Of a stretch of DNA of 64,000 nt, positions 24,301 to 35,720 are shown in pieces (position 1 is the stretch's first letter; each line of letters opens with the position of its first letter). The notes beneath the pieces are model-generated. The model made no database searches, was not told the DNA's origin, and was given only the letters and a program-made list of their open reading frames with translations. A program made the position numbers and the translations under genes. This stretch comes from Fonticula alba ATCC 38817. Lineage: Eukaryota; Protista; Nucleariida. The stretch is from assembly GCA_000388065.2 (NCBI GenBank), contig KB932207.1. One strand, given 5' to 3'.

Positions 24301-27300
24301 CAGCCGGTCGGACACGTCATGCATGTCTGCGTCGGTTGGCACTCGTACTCTCCCGCCAAACAGGCTGGCAGACATTGGCCCGTCTGGGGGTGGAGCTTCC
24401 ACCGGAAGGGATCCCCCGCGGGCTTCGGGCAGGAAAGGCAGAATGAGGGATCCGATGGATGGCAAGTGGCGCACCCGGCCGCACAGGGCACACAGGTGCC
24501 TGATGCCAAATCGGCGGCCATGCCCGCCGGGCAGGTCCCGCGACAATACCCATCCAGCAGGTAGGTCCCACTCGGGCAGGACAGACACTCGGACATGCGC
24601 GGGCCGCTGCACGCACTGCATGTCGACACGCACGGCTGGCAGGAGGCCACATCGCCGGGGGAGGATGCCTCCTGGCGGAAGAAGCCCGCCGAGCAGGTTG
24701 CCACACAGAGTCCCGCCTGAATCAGGGCTTCCGGATCGCTGCATGCCAGGCATCCACTGGCCCCCGGGCTGTGGCACCTGGTGCACGACGCGTGGCACAC
24801 CTCGCAGCGACCGGCGAAGGGGAATTTGCCCGGAGGGCAAGTCGATGTGCAGGTGTTCTGGGCCTGATCCAGGACCATGCCCCGCCGGCATGCATCACAC
24901 CGGGGCAGTGGCTCTCCCGGGACAATGCGGCAGTGCGTGCAATCGGCCGGGCAGGCAACACAATGCTGCCTCCCCGCATTCGGGGTCGTGCCTGCCGGGC
25001 AGGAGCTGACGCAGGTCCCCCGACTGGGGGAGCCGCCGCTGTCTCCGCTGCCACTGCCATGGAGTCCGGACAGGTCCACGTGCATGTACCCCGGCGCGCA
25101 GGAGGAGCAATCCGTCGAGTAGAGCCCGGTGCAGGTGGCGCAGCTTTGGTGGCATATGTTGCAACGGCTACCGAATGGCGTATATCCATCGGAGCAAGAG
25201 GTCCGACAGGTGCCATCTACATCGATCAGGCCGGAGCCACTGCACGACCAACAGTCATGATCGGTCGGGCCGGAGCAGCTCCGGCAGGCGGGCGAGCAGG
25301 CAGTGCACGTTTCCTCATCCGAGCGGAAGTGCCCCTGGCCGCAGGAATCAAAGCAGCGGGCTTCCGGACAGGGCTTGACCGGGTCCTCGGCGGCCGTCAT
25401 CCGGGTGCCATTGACACAGTCACCCTGCCAAAAGCCCAGCGAGTCGGCGCACGTGAGGCAATGGTGTTCCTCCGGCCCGTCGCACGTCTCGCAGGACCCA
25501 TGGCACTCGAGGCAACGTCCGTAGCCCGCTTGGGGAGCCTCCTGGCGGAAGTATCCTGCCGGGCAGATTCCCACGCAGGTGGCCAAGTGGCCCGGCAGCT
25601 GAAGCATTGCCTTTTCCGGGTGGCAGGCGGTGCAAGCCCCGGCCGGGGAGTCGCACGTCAGGCAGTCCGCCGCACAGGGTTCGCATGTGGGCCGATGGGC
25701 CGGCGACCCGGGCACCTGGGCGAAGCCCCTCGCACAGGAAAGACACTGATTGGCCGCCTCGGCGCATGTGCCACATTCCGAGGCGCAGGGGTGGCACACG
25801 CGGCCGTCCAAGTAGAAGCCCTGCTGGCAGGTGTGGCGACAGCCAAGCTCGCGATCGAGCACCAACCCAGCAATGCACTCCAGGCAGTCGGTCTCCCCCG
25901 GGCCCGAGCAAGACTGGCAGGTAGAATGGCACATGTCGCAGGTTCCCGGCCCGGTGGCGCCCAAACCGGTGGCCGGATGCCAGAAGGTCCCGGCAGCGCA
26001 ACTTTGGCACTCATCCACGGCCGCCGGACACTCGAGGCATCGAGACACGCAGGGCTGGCATTCGCCATGCCCCTCGACCGGATCAACATGCGCGCGGAAT
26101 TGGAGCGGGCACTCGGTCTGACAGCCGGCCATGATGAGGAACAGGCCCGCCGGGCACCGGGTGCAGTTGTCCTTGGTCGAGCCGTCGCACTCGACGCACG
26201 CCTCATGGCAGCGGTCACAATGCAGGGCGCTGGGGAAGGGCAAAAAGTGCCCGGCCGGGCAGACTGTGCACTGGACCCCGGCCGGCTCGGTCACGCGGCA
26301 GGCCGTGCAATTGCCCGGGCAGGGCCGACAGTCGACCCCGCCACTGGACGGGTCGAGGTAATGCGTGTCGGCCGGGCAGGAGGCAATGCACTGTGCGGTG
26401 GTGACATCGTGTACCTTGCACACATGGCAGGCCTCGGGCCCGGGGCCGAGGCACGTCCGACAAAGGGCATCGCACGGCCGGCAGGCATTCGCCTCCATGT
26501 CGAAGTAGAGTCCCTCCGCGCAGACAGCCGTGTGGTAGACCTCCACCTGGCCCGCGGGCGTCGTCAGCAGCAGACTGACGCGGGATTCCTGCACAATCGC
26601 CAGCATCTGCCGGGTAAGGGGCAGGCCCGTGGCCATGGTGGTGGGCCCACTGTCGAGGGCATCGGCCAGGGTGGTCCCAACGGTGGTGGCGATGGCTCCG
26701 GCGACGCGCGGGCGCCACTGAACCGGCAGGAAGATCACCGCCCCCGTATGCCGAGCGATGGACACGCCGATGCGGCTGGTCGTGACCAGCACCAGGTCCA
26801 GATGCCCATCGCGATTGATGTCCGCCAGACTCGCAAATTCGAGCCCCGACTCCGGCAACTCACCAAGGGCGTAGGTGAGGGGCTCGAAGTTGGAAGTGAC
26901 CGCTTGGTGGATATGCCGATTGGGGAAGTGGTCAAGCAGCAGGTCGGCCACCATGCGCCCATTGTCCGGCATGAGACGCACGCGAAGAAGATCATCCATC
27001 TCGCGGCTGGTGAGGCGCCCAGCGAGCAGGTGGAAGTCCGGACCCGTGAGCCAGGAATCGGCTTGCCTCAAAAGTGGCGGCCCGGTTTGCAACGACAGCC
27101 AGTGGGCTGTGGTCGGCGAAAGGGGCGCCTGCTCGCGCAGCACCACCGGCCCATTGCCGATGGAGTGCAGGAATCCAATCCCCGGTGCGGTCGGCTGGCT
27201 GAGTAGCCCGCAGGCTGCCCGCACGGAAGAAGACGCCAGGTCGTGTTCCTGGGTGTCACGCACAAGTGGTGACCACACACCGGTCGGACTCCGCAGCTGG

Positions 27301-29631
27301 ACAAAGGTGTAGACGCCGGAGTTGGTGGACGTCTCGAAGGCCGCAACGAGGCCCTCTTGCGTTGGACTGGCGCCCGGACAGGCGAAGAGACCCCGGCACT
27401 GGCCCAGGAGGGTGGACTGTGGGGACACCACACAGGTGGGCTGGCAGGTGACCTTGACCTCTGCCGCTTGGGAGGGGGTGCACACGGCGATGTGCAGGAT
27501 CCCGGGGCTGGGCTGATGGATATGGGCGCCGTAGATATTTTGCGGGAGAGTGCTGCCAAACAGAGAGAGCGTCTGCTGGCAGGAAACCGTGTCGGCCGAG
27601 GAGTCCAGGGCACAGAGAAGCAGATGCCCACTGTGCGAGAGAGCCATGAGCGACTGGGCATTGTCACCGGTGGCAAGGCAGGCTCCATTCGTGCCACAGG
27701 GCTGGAGCGGACCGACAGCCAGCCGCAAAACCGGAGGGTGCGCCGCGGCAAGGGCACGGGCGTCCATGGCATGGTCCTTGCCGATGCTGATGACGCTGCC
27801 ACTGTCGCTGCTGCTGTTGTTGGTGTTGGTGTTGTTGTGGACGTTCTGCCTGCTGCCACGTTCAGGAGCCGCAAGGGCCACGGTCGCTCCATTTACCGGA
27901 GTCCCCGGCGGAGTGAACACCATCTCGAAGGGATCAAGATCGTAGTCGCACACCGCACGCCCACTGCCACGGCCATCCGGACAAGACTCCACACAGGACC
28001 CGGTCTCGGTCAGGGAAAAGCGCGGCCGGCAGCTGAGGCAGTGCCGAGGGTTGGCATGGTCGCAAATGTCGCAATTGCTCGCCTGACAGGAGGCACAGGC
28101 TGCCGAACAAATGGAGCCCCATGTCGATGTCGGTGCACGTGGATGCACACGGGGGACAGATCATTAGCAAGGGGAGGACGGGCAGGGGATCTCGGAAAAA
28201 AAAAGAGGGCTACGGACTGGAGGTTTGGCGGTGGAAATAGTAGCCGAGTGCGCATCCGCCGCACAGCTGGCCCTTGGAGTGTGCGGGACCACGGCCCTCG
28301 GCACATCGCCAGGCGGCCGTGCGGGCAACCGTGTCGAGAAGGCACTCGATCGTGGGATCGGGGGCCGAGACAGCCGATTGTGGGCAGAGGAACTCCTCCG
28401 GGGTCAGGTAGAAGTGGGTATCGGCCAATCGCCACACCGAGGACACGGTATAGGCCATATCCAGCATGGCCAGCTTGGTGGGAGCCCGATCGAAGGCCAC
28501 CTGGCGGATGATCGGTCGGGTGGTTTGGCTGTCGACCATTGTCATGTCGATGCGGTACACACGGATTTGTGTGCCATGTGGCGCGGCGAAAAAGAAAAAG
28601 GGCGCGCTGGGATTCATGAAGTGCTTGTTGCCAGCGATGAAGCGTCCCCCGCTCGTGGGGAAGGATGTGGGCAGGGTCAAGTGAAGGACTTCCTGCGGAA
28701 TGAGGCTCCCGTTGGTGGCGCGAAGGATCACGATCGAGCCGTTGTCCAGTTGCATCAGCACATCGAATGTCACGTCGGTCTCATAATACAGGCGCGTGGC
28801 CGTGACGGCCGCCGTGAAGCCAGGACCACCGGAGCGAGTGGTCAGCAGGGCGGTGTTGCTGGGATTGACCACGCGGTTTTTTTCCACGTAGAGGGAGTTC
28901 TTGTTGTAATGAAAGGCGGTCAGCTTGCGACCGGCCTGGGAGGCAGATCGAATGAAGGTCCTGCTCTCATTGTAAGTGAGACGGAGGGAGTCACTTTCGT
29001 AGAGGGCGTTGATCTCGGTGGTTGACACGTCTGTCGTCCAGATGGCATAGCCCAGTGGGCTTGTGGTAATTCGGGTCATGGCAGTCGTGGTGAGGCTTCC
29101 AGTTCTTGGTTGGGAAATGGCATATGCGTTGTTTTGGAGGACCGCCGCGCAGAAGGTCGTTGACGAGCGAACATTGCAGGTGAAAGGTGTCACCGGGGGG
29201 GAAACGAGGGAGTTCTGATTCGCTCGCTCGAAAGAGGCGCCCCAGCGCGGATCAACGCTCGGGACTGGCCGATAAGCGGCCAGCGAGTTGCGAGACACCA
29301 GCAGCATATCGCCGGTCGCCTTGGGATTAGTGCCGAGGACATCCTGGAAGGTCAGCCCGATCATGTCGTCCTGGTGAGCAGGAGCCAGCACGGCCGGATC
29401 CAGGGCGCGTAGGTAGAAGGCTGTGCCGATGTCGCTCTCGGAATAGGTATACTCCCGAAGGATGGCCGAATTGGCGGCCGGCCAGCAAACATCCTTCAAG
29501 CAGGACTGTGCCCAGACGGTGGGCGATCGGAGCAGCAAGAGTGCAAGCCCGAGAAGGATGGGGAGAATAGAGGACGGACCACCGGGCGATTGCATGGAGC
29601 CAGCGTGCAATCGGCGGGGCGGACCCGGCAT
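21314..29631 (-). CDS. Type I receptor kinase 1: signal peptide, unknown N-terminal domain, Cys linker, domain with FG-GAP-like motif, about 18-20 furin-like Cys repeats, TM, TKL-type kinase (non-RD, HQD)
   Basis: Signal ILPILLGLALLLLRSPTVWA. Exons 29631-28218 and 28099-23705 join in phase 1. TM is ATVIAVPIVVLLALIVLLMVFFC. Kinase exons encode LGCGSQARVF, VAVKEM, YREVSIMW, HQDIKSRN, IGDFG, YASPE, SDIYAMSVLIW and RWCQEHDPSMRP; stop at 21314. Confidence 0.88.
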
Positions 29632-29770
29632 CCTTAGGCAGCGACGAAAGTCTAAAATGAGGAGGGAGTGTAGGGTGGCTTGAAGTGTGTGAGGAGGGGA
29701 AAGAGAGAGGGAGAGAGAGGGAGAGAGAGGGAGAGGGAGAGAGAAGGAGAGGGAGAGAGAAGGAGAGGGA

Positions 29771-29819
<49 letters not shown>

Positions 29820-30129
29820 GCAAGGTGACCAGCTCATCCCAGCGAGCTGAGATGTGCCCGAAAAGCGGCGTCCTTTTTCTCCCCAGCTCCGCTGACTTCC
29901 TCCTGCCATCTCCTTCACACAGGGGTACATCCGGGGGGGGGGGGGGGGGGGGGGGCAACTAGAGGCCAATTGAACGCGATGCGGGCCACATCATGCGGGG
30001 GCTTCCTCGATGTCCCTCGCTCCGATGTTGTGTCCCGACGTCTGCACAGGTTGTTCGCTCCTTGGCGTCGGCTATTTAAGTCCGTCCCCGATTCGATCAG
30101 AGTGATCGGTTGGGGCGGGCGAGCTCATT

Positions 30130-30196
<67 letters not shown>

Positions 30197-30879
30197 CGTA
30201 TCTCCTCAGCGAGGAGAATAGGTCCTGACGCAAGCCCATCTGGGCATTCCCTGCCCCTGAGATCGGACATGCGGCCCTCCCCTCCTCCTCTTCCTCCTGC
30301 CACTCGCACATACACGGGCTGCGGCCTTGGCATCAACGGATTCCTGGTCTCCGTTGCGGGCCTTGGGAACGCGAGGTAACCCCCACGCTCAGGGGGGGGG
30401 GGGGGGGCTGGGGAAGGGCGCAACGTTCTTACTCCTGACCATGGTGCGGCCGCCCATTGGGTGTCGGTGTTGGTGGAGCCCTTTCCGTTGCCCCCTCCCA
30501 CATCCCTCCTCTGCGCCCCTCGCCAGACACTAGACCTGCCTGTTGGCCCTCGACACACCCAGGCTGATTGCGAAGCGTGCCTAGGAGAGACCATGAAGAA
30601 AATAGCCAAGGGGCGCCATCCTGCCAGGTGTACCCCTTAAGCATTCCCGGCTCTAATCGACTCGAGGGCGGCGAAAAAAAAAATACCCCCCGGCAGAGGG
30701 AGCCTCAAGATTGCCCCTCCCTCGACGTGCGCCGACAGAGGACACTGCGAGAAATCGTGTAAAACAATAACACAGGCGCTATTCCAGGAGCAAATAGGGG
30801 GGACTTTTCTCACGGAGTAAATTCGATAACCCTACTTTCCTCACATCTGACCCCCTCCAGGGGCACAGGGAAGTCTGGT

Positions 30880-30915
<36 letters not shown>

Positions 30916-31032
30916 GAGGCTGAGGGCATCTGTCGAGAAAAGTCGGCGCCGGAGCCATTTCCTTGGGAACCATTTGTCTGTCGGATGTGCAGGGCGGGGA
31001 CCGGCGAGGGCATTTGTTGGCCAGAAGCCCCA

Positions 31033-31087
<55 letters not shown>

Positions 31088-31339
31088 GGCCGGCGATGGG
31101 CTGGTTGCCCGTGCTTTTCATCGCACAGGGGGGCCTTGCATCTCCTCACCGTTACGGTGCGGCGCGTTTCACATGCACCAATGGGGCGCCCCATTCTCGG
31201 GATATGACTTTGGCCAGGAGTTGTTATCCGGCCCTTGGAATGTGCGGGCATTTGTCTGTTCGCCAGCACCGCGGAGGGCTTCGTTCGCAAGCAGGAAATC
31301 AAGGCACAATAGTCGCACAGAGACAAAAAAAAGAGGCAA

Positions 31340-31413
31340 TGTCCGAACCAGGACTCGAACCTGGGACATTCTGTGTGTTAGACAGATATGATAACCATCT
31401 ACATCATTCGGAC
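31340..31413 (-). tRNA. tRNA-Val(AAC)
   Basis: Cloverleaf; anticodon arm TCTGT-CTAACAC-ACAGA, T-loop TTCGAGT, downstream T-run terminator. Confidence 0.93.
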
Positions 31414-32575
31414 TGATGGATGAGGCAGGAAAAGATGTACACATGTGTGTGCGGCCCGTGAGGCAGGAATGGCCTTCGGCGCGCGGGCCGCGACACAGGC
31501 CACCCCGAGGGCCTGCCGGCGCCCGGATTGCGGTGTGCAACTCGCCCGAAGGGCCGTGGCTGCTTGGCCGCCGATCGTGGCCTTTCCTTCCGCGGGGGTC
31601 ACCATGCGCGCAAGGGACACCGAAGAGGGGGCGGGGGCGGGGGCGGGGGCGGGGGCGATGGGATGGCTGGAGATGTGTGCTTATTTTCTTTTGTGCAAAC
31701 GACACCGGACAGTGGGGGAGGGCCCTTTTTTTTTTCGAGCGACGCCGCCAGTGTCCGGGCAGTGATGCGCGAGATCTGGACTGGGCAAGCGTCCCGCGGA
31801 GTGCATTCTTCTCGGCTGCCGGTCCTCGAAGAGGCGCCCGGCGGGGGGCCTCGCCCGAAATAAGGGTGCCCTGGCAGCCGGGGAGGACGTGGCTCCCCGC
31901 CGGTTGTGGCCGACGCACTTGCCTTGCGTGCTGGCAGGGGAGCGGGCCCGAGAATGCCTTCGCCATGGGTGCCCCGCCGGATGGTGGTGGTCGCCCCAGG
32001 GCAGCGGAGCGGTAGCCGAGGCCGACCGGGCGGGCAGAGGTGCCCCGGCCCGAGGGGAGGCAGGTGGCGCACGACCGTCGGCCAGCTGGCCGGGCGTGTA
32101 CTTTCGGTGGGGGATGAGGGGCGCACGAGCCCGGGTGCCACGCTCCGCCGGCTGTCGGTCCTGGCCTGCTCGGCCTCCGCGTCCGCCCTGGCTGTGACCC
32201 CTCCACGCGCCAGGGTTGCTGCTGCTGCTGCTGCTCATGTCTCCAGGCGAGGGCACGCCACCTTTCCCAGCCCCTCGCCAAGGCGGGAGGACGGATGCGT
32301 CAACCCCCGGCCGATGTAGTTTCCGCTGCCCGGGCGCCCCTGGGTGAGGATGTGCCTTGCGCCTGGGCGCCGCTCCGCGGGTTGCAGCAACTTCAGGAAG
32401 GGCACCTTCGTTGGCGGAAGCGACACCGCATTGCCCGGTCGCGGTGGATTGTACCCTTCCTGGGCCGGCGGGTTTCGGTGTCTGATGCGCTGCCTCCCCG
32501 GGGGATACAAATCGCCGGCGGGGGCTTTTTCCTCGCTTGTCAGTGCCCTCTGTCGGCCGGCCGGCCCACGCTGGT

Positions 32576-32699
32576 ACCGAAGTGCCACGGGCGCCGGGAC
32601 CGAAGTGCCACGGGCGCCGGGACCGAAGTGCCNNNNNNNNNNACCGAAGTGCCACGGGCGCCGGGACCGAAGTGCCACGGGCGCCGGGACCGAAGTGCC
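32576..32699. repeat. 23-bp minisatellite (ACCGAAGTGCCACGGGCGCCGGG)n interrupted by a gap, just upstream of tRNA-Gly
   Basis: About 2.5 perfect units on each side of the N run at 32633-32642; true copy number unknown. Confidence 0.85.
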
Positions 32700-32756
32700 T
32701 CGCGGCAAAAGGAGAGGGCAAAAATGTCGCCGCGAGTGGGGGAATTCCATCAATCG

Positions 32757-32827
32757 GCGTCGATGGTTTAGTGGTAGAATTGCCGCCTGCCACGCGGTAG
32801 ACCCGGGTTCGATTCCCGGTCGACGCA
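32757..32827 (+). tRNA. tRNA-Gly(GCC), copy 1
   Basis: Acceptor GCGTCGA/TCGACGC, anticodon loop CTGCCAC, T-loop TTCGATT; identical to 40329-40399. Confidence 0.95.
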
Positions 32828-33012
32828 ATTGGATCTCCTTTTGCACCGGGCGAGTATCCAGCCTGCGGGGCGCCTCCATTCCCATTTTTTGTCCCGGCCT
32901 CGGAGCGCCCCCCCGCAGGAGCCCAAACATGCGTGGATGATGGGTGTCTGCCCCCCCCCCTGAGTGACCAGTAGTAAAAGCCCGAAGGGGGTGCAAAATA
33001 TGAATCATAGAT

Positions 33013-33085
33013 AGCCCACTGTGGGGCTCGAACCCACGACCCTGGGATTAAGAGTCCCATGCTCTACCAACTGAGCTAAACAGGC
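33013..33085 (-). tRNA. tRNA-Lys(CTT) with a wobble-rich acceptor stem
   Basis: D-arm GCTCAGTTGGTAGAGC, anticodon arm TGGGA-CTCTTAA-TCCCA, T-arm GTGGG-TTCGAGC-CCCAC. Confidence 0.9.
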
Positions 33086-35720
33086 TAATCTGCTGCATGA
33101 GGCATGCCATCGTGTATTTAACGATGCGCAGTGGCCCGAAGCGGACCGTCGCGCGCATTGCCCGGCGATCGACTTTCTCTTGCCACTGACCATGCCCCCG
33201 TGCCGACCCCCTCTGGCAGCGCCGGGGCCCAGCGCACAAGGACCCCGGGGTGGCCGCTTCGTCGTGGATCTTGCCCTGGGGGCCCCGGCCCATGCCCGTG
33301 TGGCCCTCGCCCTGCCTCCCGGATACTGGGGCCCCTGGGGCGTGACCGCCAGCCCGCCGCCAGGTGTCTCTCCGCGTCCGTCGGCTGCCCGGCCTCGGTC
33401 TTGGGTGTCTGTTTCGGCCGCGACTTGGCGAGCCGTGCCGGCTCACTCGCTGTGCCACTGGCCATGGGCATATTTCTAGAGGTGCCGGCAGTTGTGTGCC
33501 CCATGCCCAGGGGGCCCGGGTCCGGGGGTGTTCCTTGTCCCGGCGGTTGGGCTGGGCCCCTGTCGTGCGCCGCGCGAGGAGGCCGGTGTGGGGACTTTCT
33601 CGGTCTCTTCAGCTCCGGTGTCGGTGTTGGCATGGCAAGCCGGTCCGCCGGCTGGGCCCCCGCGTGGTGCGCCCGGTGCCGGCGGTCACATTTTCTGCCG
33701 TGCACCGACCCGAGGGCGGGCCTTTCGATGGGTGCTGCGTCCGTTGGCCCGGGGGTCCGGGCCGTGTATCGGAAGGTGGAGCAGGTGCGCCGGCGATGGC
33801 GACCAGCTGGCCGCGCGGGCTGGAGAATGTGCCAAGTCCGCGTTGTGTCTGCATGGTTCCCTCGGTTTGCACCACTTTCCCCCGCGCCCGGGCGAGCTCT
33901 TCCCGAATGCCGCGCCATCAAGGGCCCTTGGCGCGGCGGACCCTTCGGGTGACGCTTGGCCAGCGGCTCGGCCGACTTGCCTGTCCTTGGGTGTTGACTC
34001 GGCAGCGGTCCTTCCCTGCCAGGCCCGAGGGCCGACAGGGGGCACGGGGACCGACGGCCGACGGTGCGCGTCGGGCGTCCGAGCCCCTGGTGCACCCGAA
34101 GCGGGGACTGCTGTGCGCCGGGAGAGGCTGCTGGCGTGTAGGTGTGTCGGGCGCACGTTAGGCCAAGGCACGAGGGTGGGCGGGAGCCAAAGCGACGCCC
34201 GGTGTGCGCGCCCCGTGAGCCCCCTTCGCCCTCGGGGGCTGGTGCCACCCCCTGCCGTCGGCCGCGGTCGAGTGGGGCATGCTGCCTGGCCGCCCGGGGC
34301 AGGAAGGCGCCCCGGTGGATGGCTTGGCTGTCGGCGGGGGTTTGGCAGGCGCGTCGGATCCATCGGCTTGGCGTGCTGCCGGGCCGCACGTTGGCCATGG
34401 CCTGCTTGGCACCAAGGGACACCTCGGCGGCAGAGACGGTCTGGTGGCGGCAGTGCAGCGGCGATGCCCCTGTGTGGCTGGGGATCAGCATGGGCGCGCG
34501 TTGCGCCTACATGGGCCCCGTGGCGCTGCGGGGCAATGGGCGGACACCTGGATCGCGGGCGGGCGACGGGTTTCACGGGCGCTCCGGTCCCGCTGCAGGC
34601 CGGTCGAGACACTCCTTGCCATGGGCCTCGCTCGAGATGAGGAGGCCGCGGGGATCAGCAAGTGCACGTCGGTTTTCGGGACGCACGGGCACTTCCCACG
34701 GAAGGGAGGGACGAGGGGGGCACATCTGGCTGGCAGCGCCCTCGGGCCGGGGGAGAGGGGCGAGGGGGCAGGAAGAAAAGGCCGCATGTCGCGGGGACTG
34801 TCGATCTCCCAGGGCGGCATGGCCGAGGCCCTTGTTTCAGGAGGAGTGCTCGGGGGAGCCCCGGTGTTTGCTGGGCCCGGAGGCGGCTAACGGATGGGGC
34901 GGGAGGGAGGTCGCGTGCCGCCATCGAGGACATGCCGCACGGGCGACGTGCTCGGGGGCCTGTTCCGGAGGCTTGGCGGCGGCCACCAACGGGAGCCCCT
35001 GCCGATGGATGACGCATTCCTGTGCACTGGAATGTCATACCGGCCTCTGATCCCGTGGGCTCCAGACTCACCCGTGACGTGGGCATCTCAAATATCGGCT
35101 CCATCCGACGGGGCGTGGGCGTTCCCATCGGGGGGCTGGGCGCAGGGGGCGCGGCGGGCGCGGCGGGCGCGAGTCACACCCTGTGAGAGTCGCCGAAGGA
35201 AGGTCTCGGTCGCCGCGCACTTTGGCGGTTGCCCAGTCGGGGGCCGGCCCCGGCGGCGGCGGCTACACCGCAAGATGGGCATGCCAACTTCGGACGGAGG
35301 CGCGGGGCGTGCCGGGGGCCGGAGGATGCGTGTGTGTCTGTGTATGTGTTGCCTTGGTGTTGGGCCGCAGGAAATGGACCGGGGAGCCGGGGGTGCTTGG
35401 CGGCTGCCGGGCTCGGGCATGCGGCCCCGCGCGCCATGCCCGGGGCGCGCGCGAACACCCCACACCGACAACGCTGCTCCGGGGGCTTCGCCGGCGGGCC
35501 GGGCCGAAATCTGTCCGGGGTGAAAAAAAGGGGGGAGGAAGATTGGGGGGAAGTAGAAAAAAAAAAGGCAGGACTATGGTCCGTGAAGCGGCTTGGCCAT
35601 CTGTGCAACAGCCTCGCCTTCTTCTCTCCTCGTGTGCCTGTTTTTCCCCTTTCCCCCGCCTTCCCCTGCCTTCCTGGGTCTCTGTCTTCTCCTTTCCATT
35701 TCCCCTGTCTCCCCTCGACC

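Noticed and set aside
24771-27206. Long plus-strand ORFs antisense to the Cys-rich receptors (also 47152-49389, 55418-58333, 59220-61706, 61649-63331)
   Set aside because: Shadow ORFs expected from GC-rich codon usage; Ala/Gly/Arg-rich with no motifs.
32576-32699. 23-bp repeats as a CRISPR array
   Set aside because: The units are head-to-tail with no unique spacers, there are no cas genes, and the context is eukaryotic.
33100-35700. Long ORFs between tRNA-Lys and paralog A
   Set aside because: Low-complexity in all frames with no domain signature.
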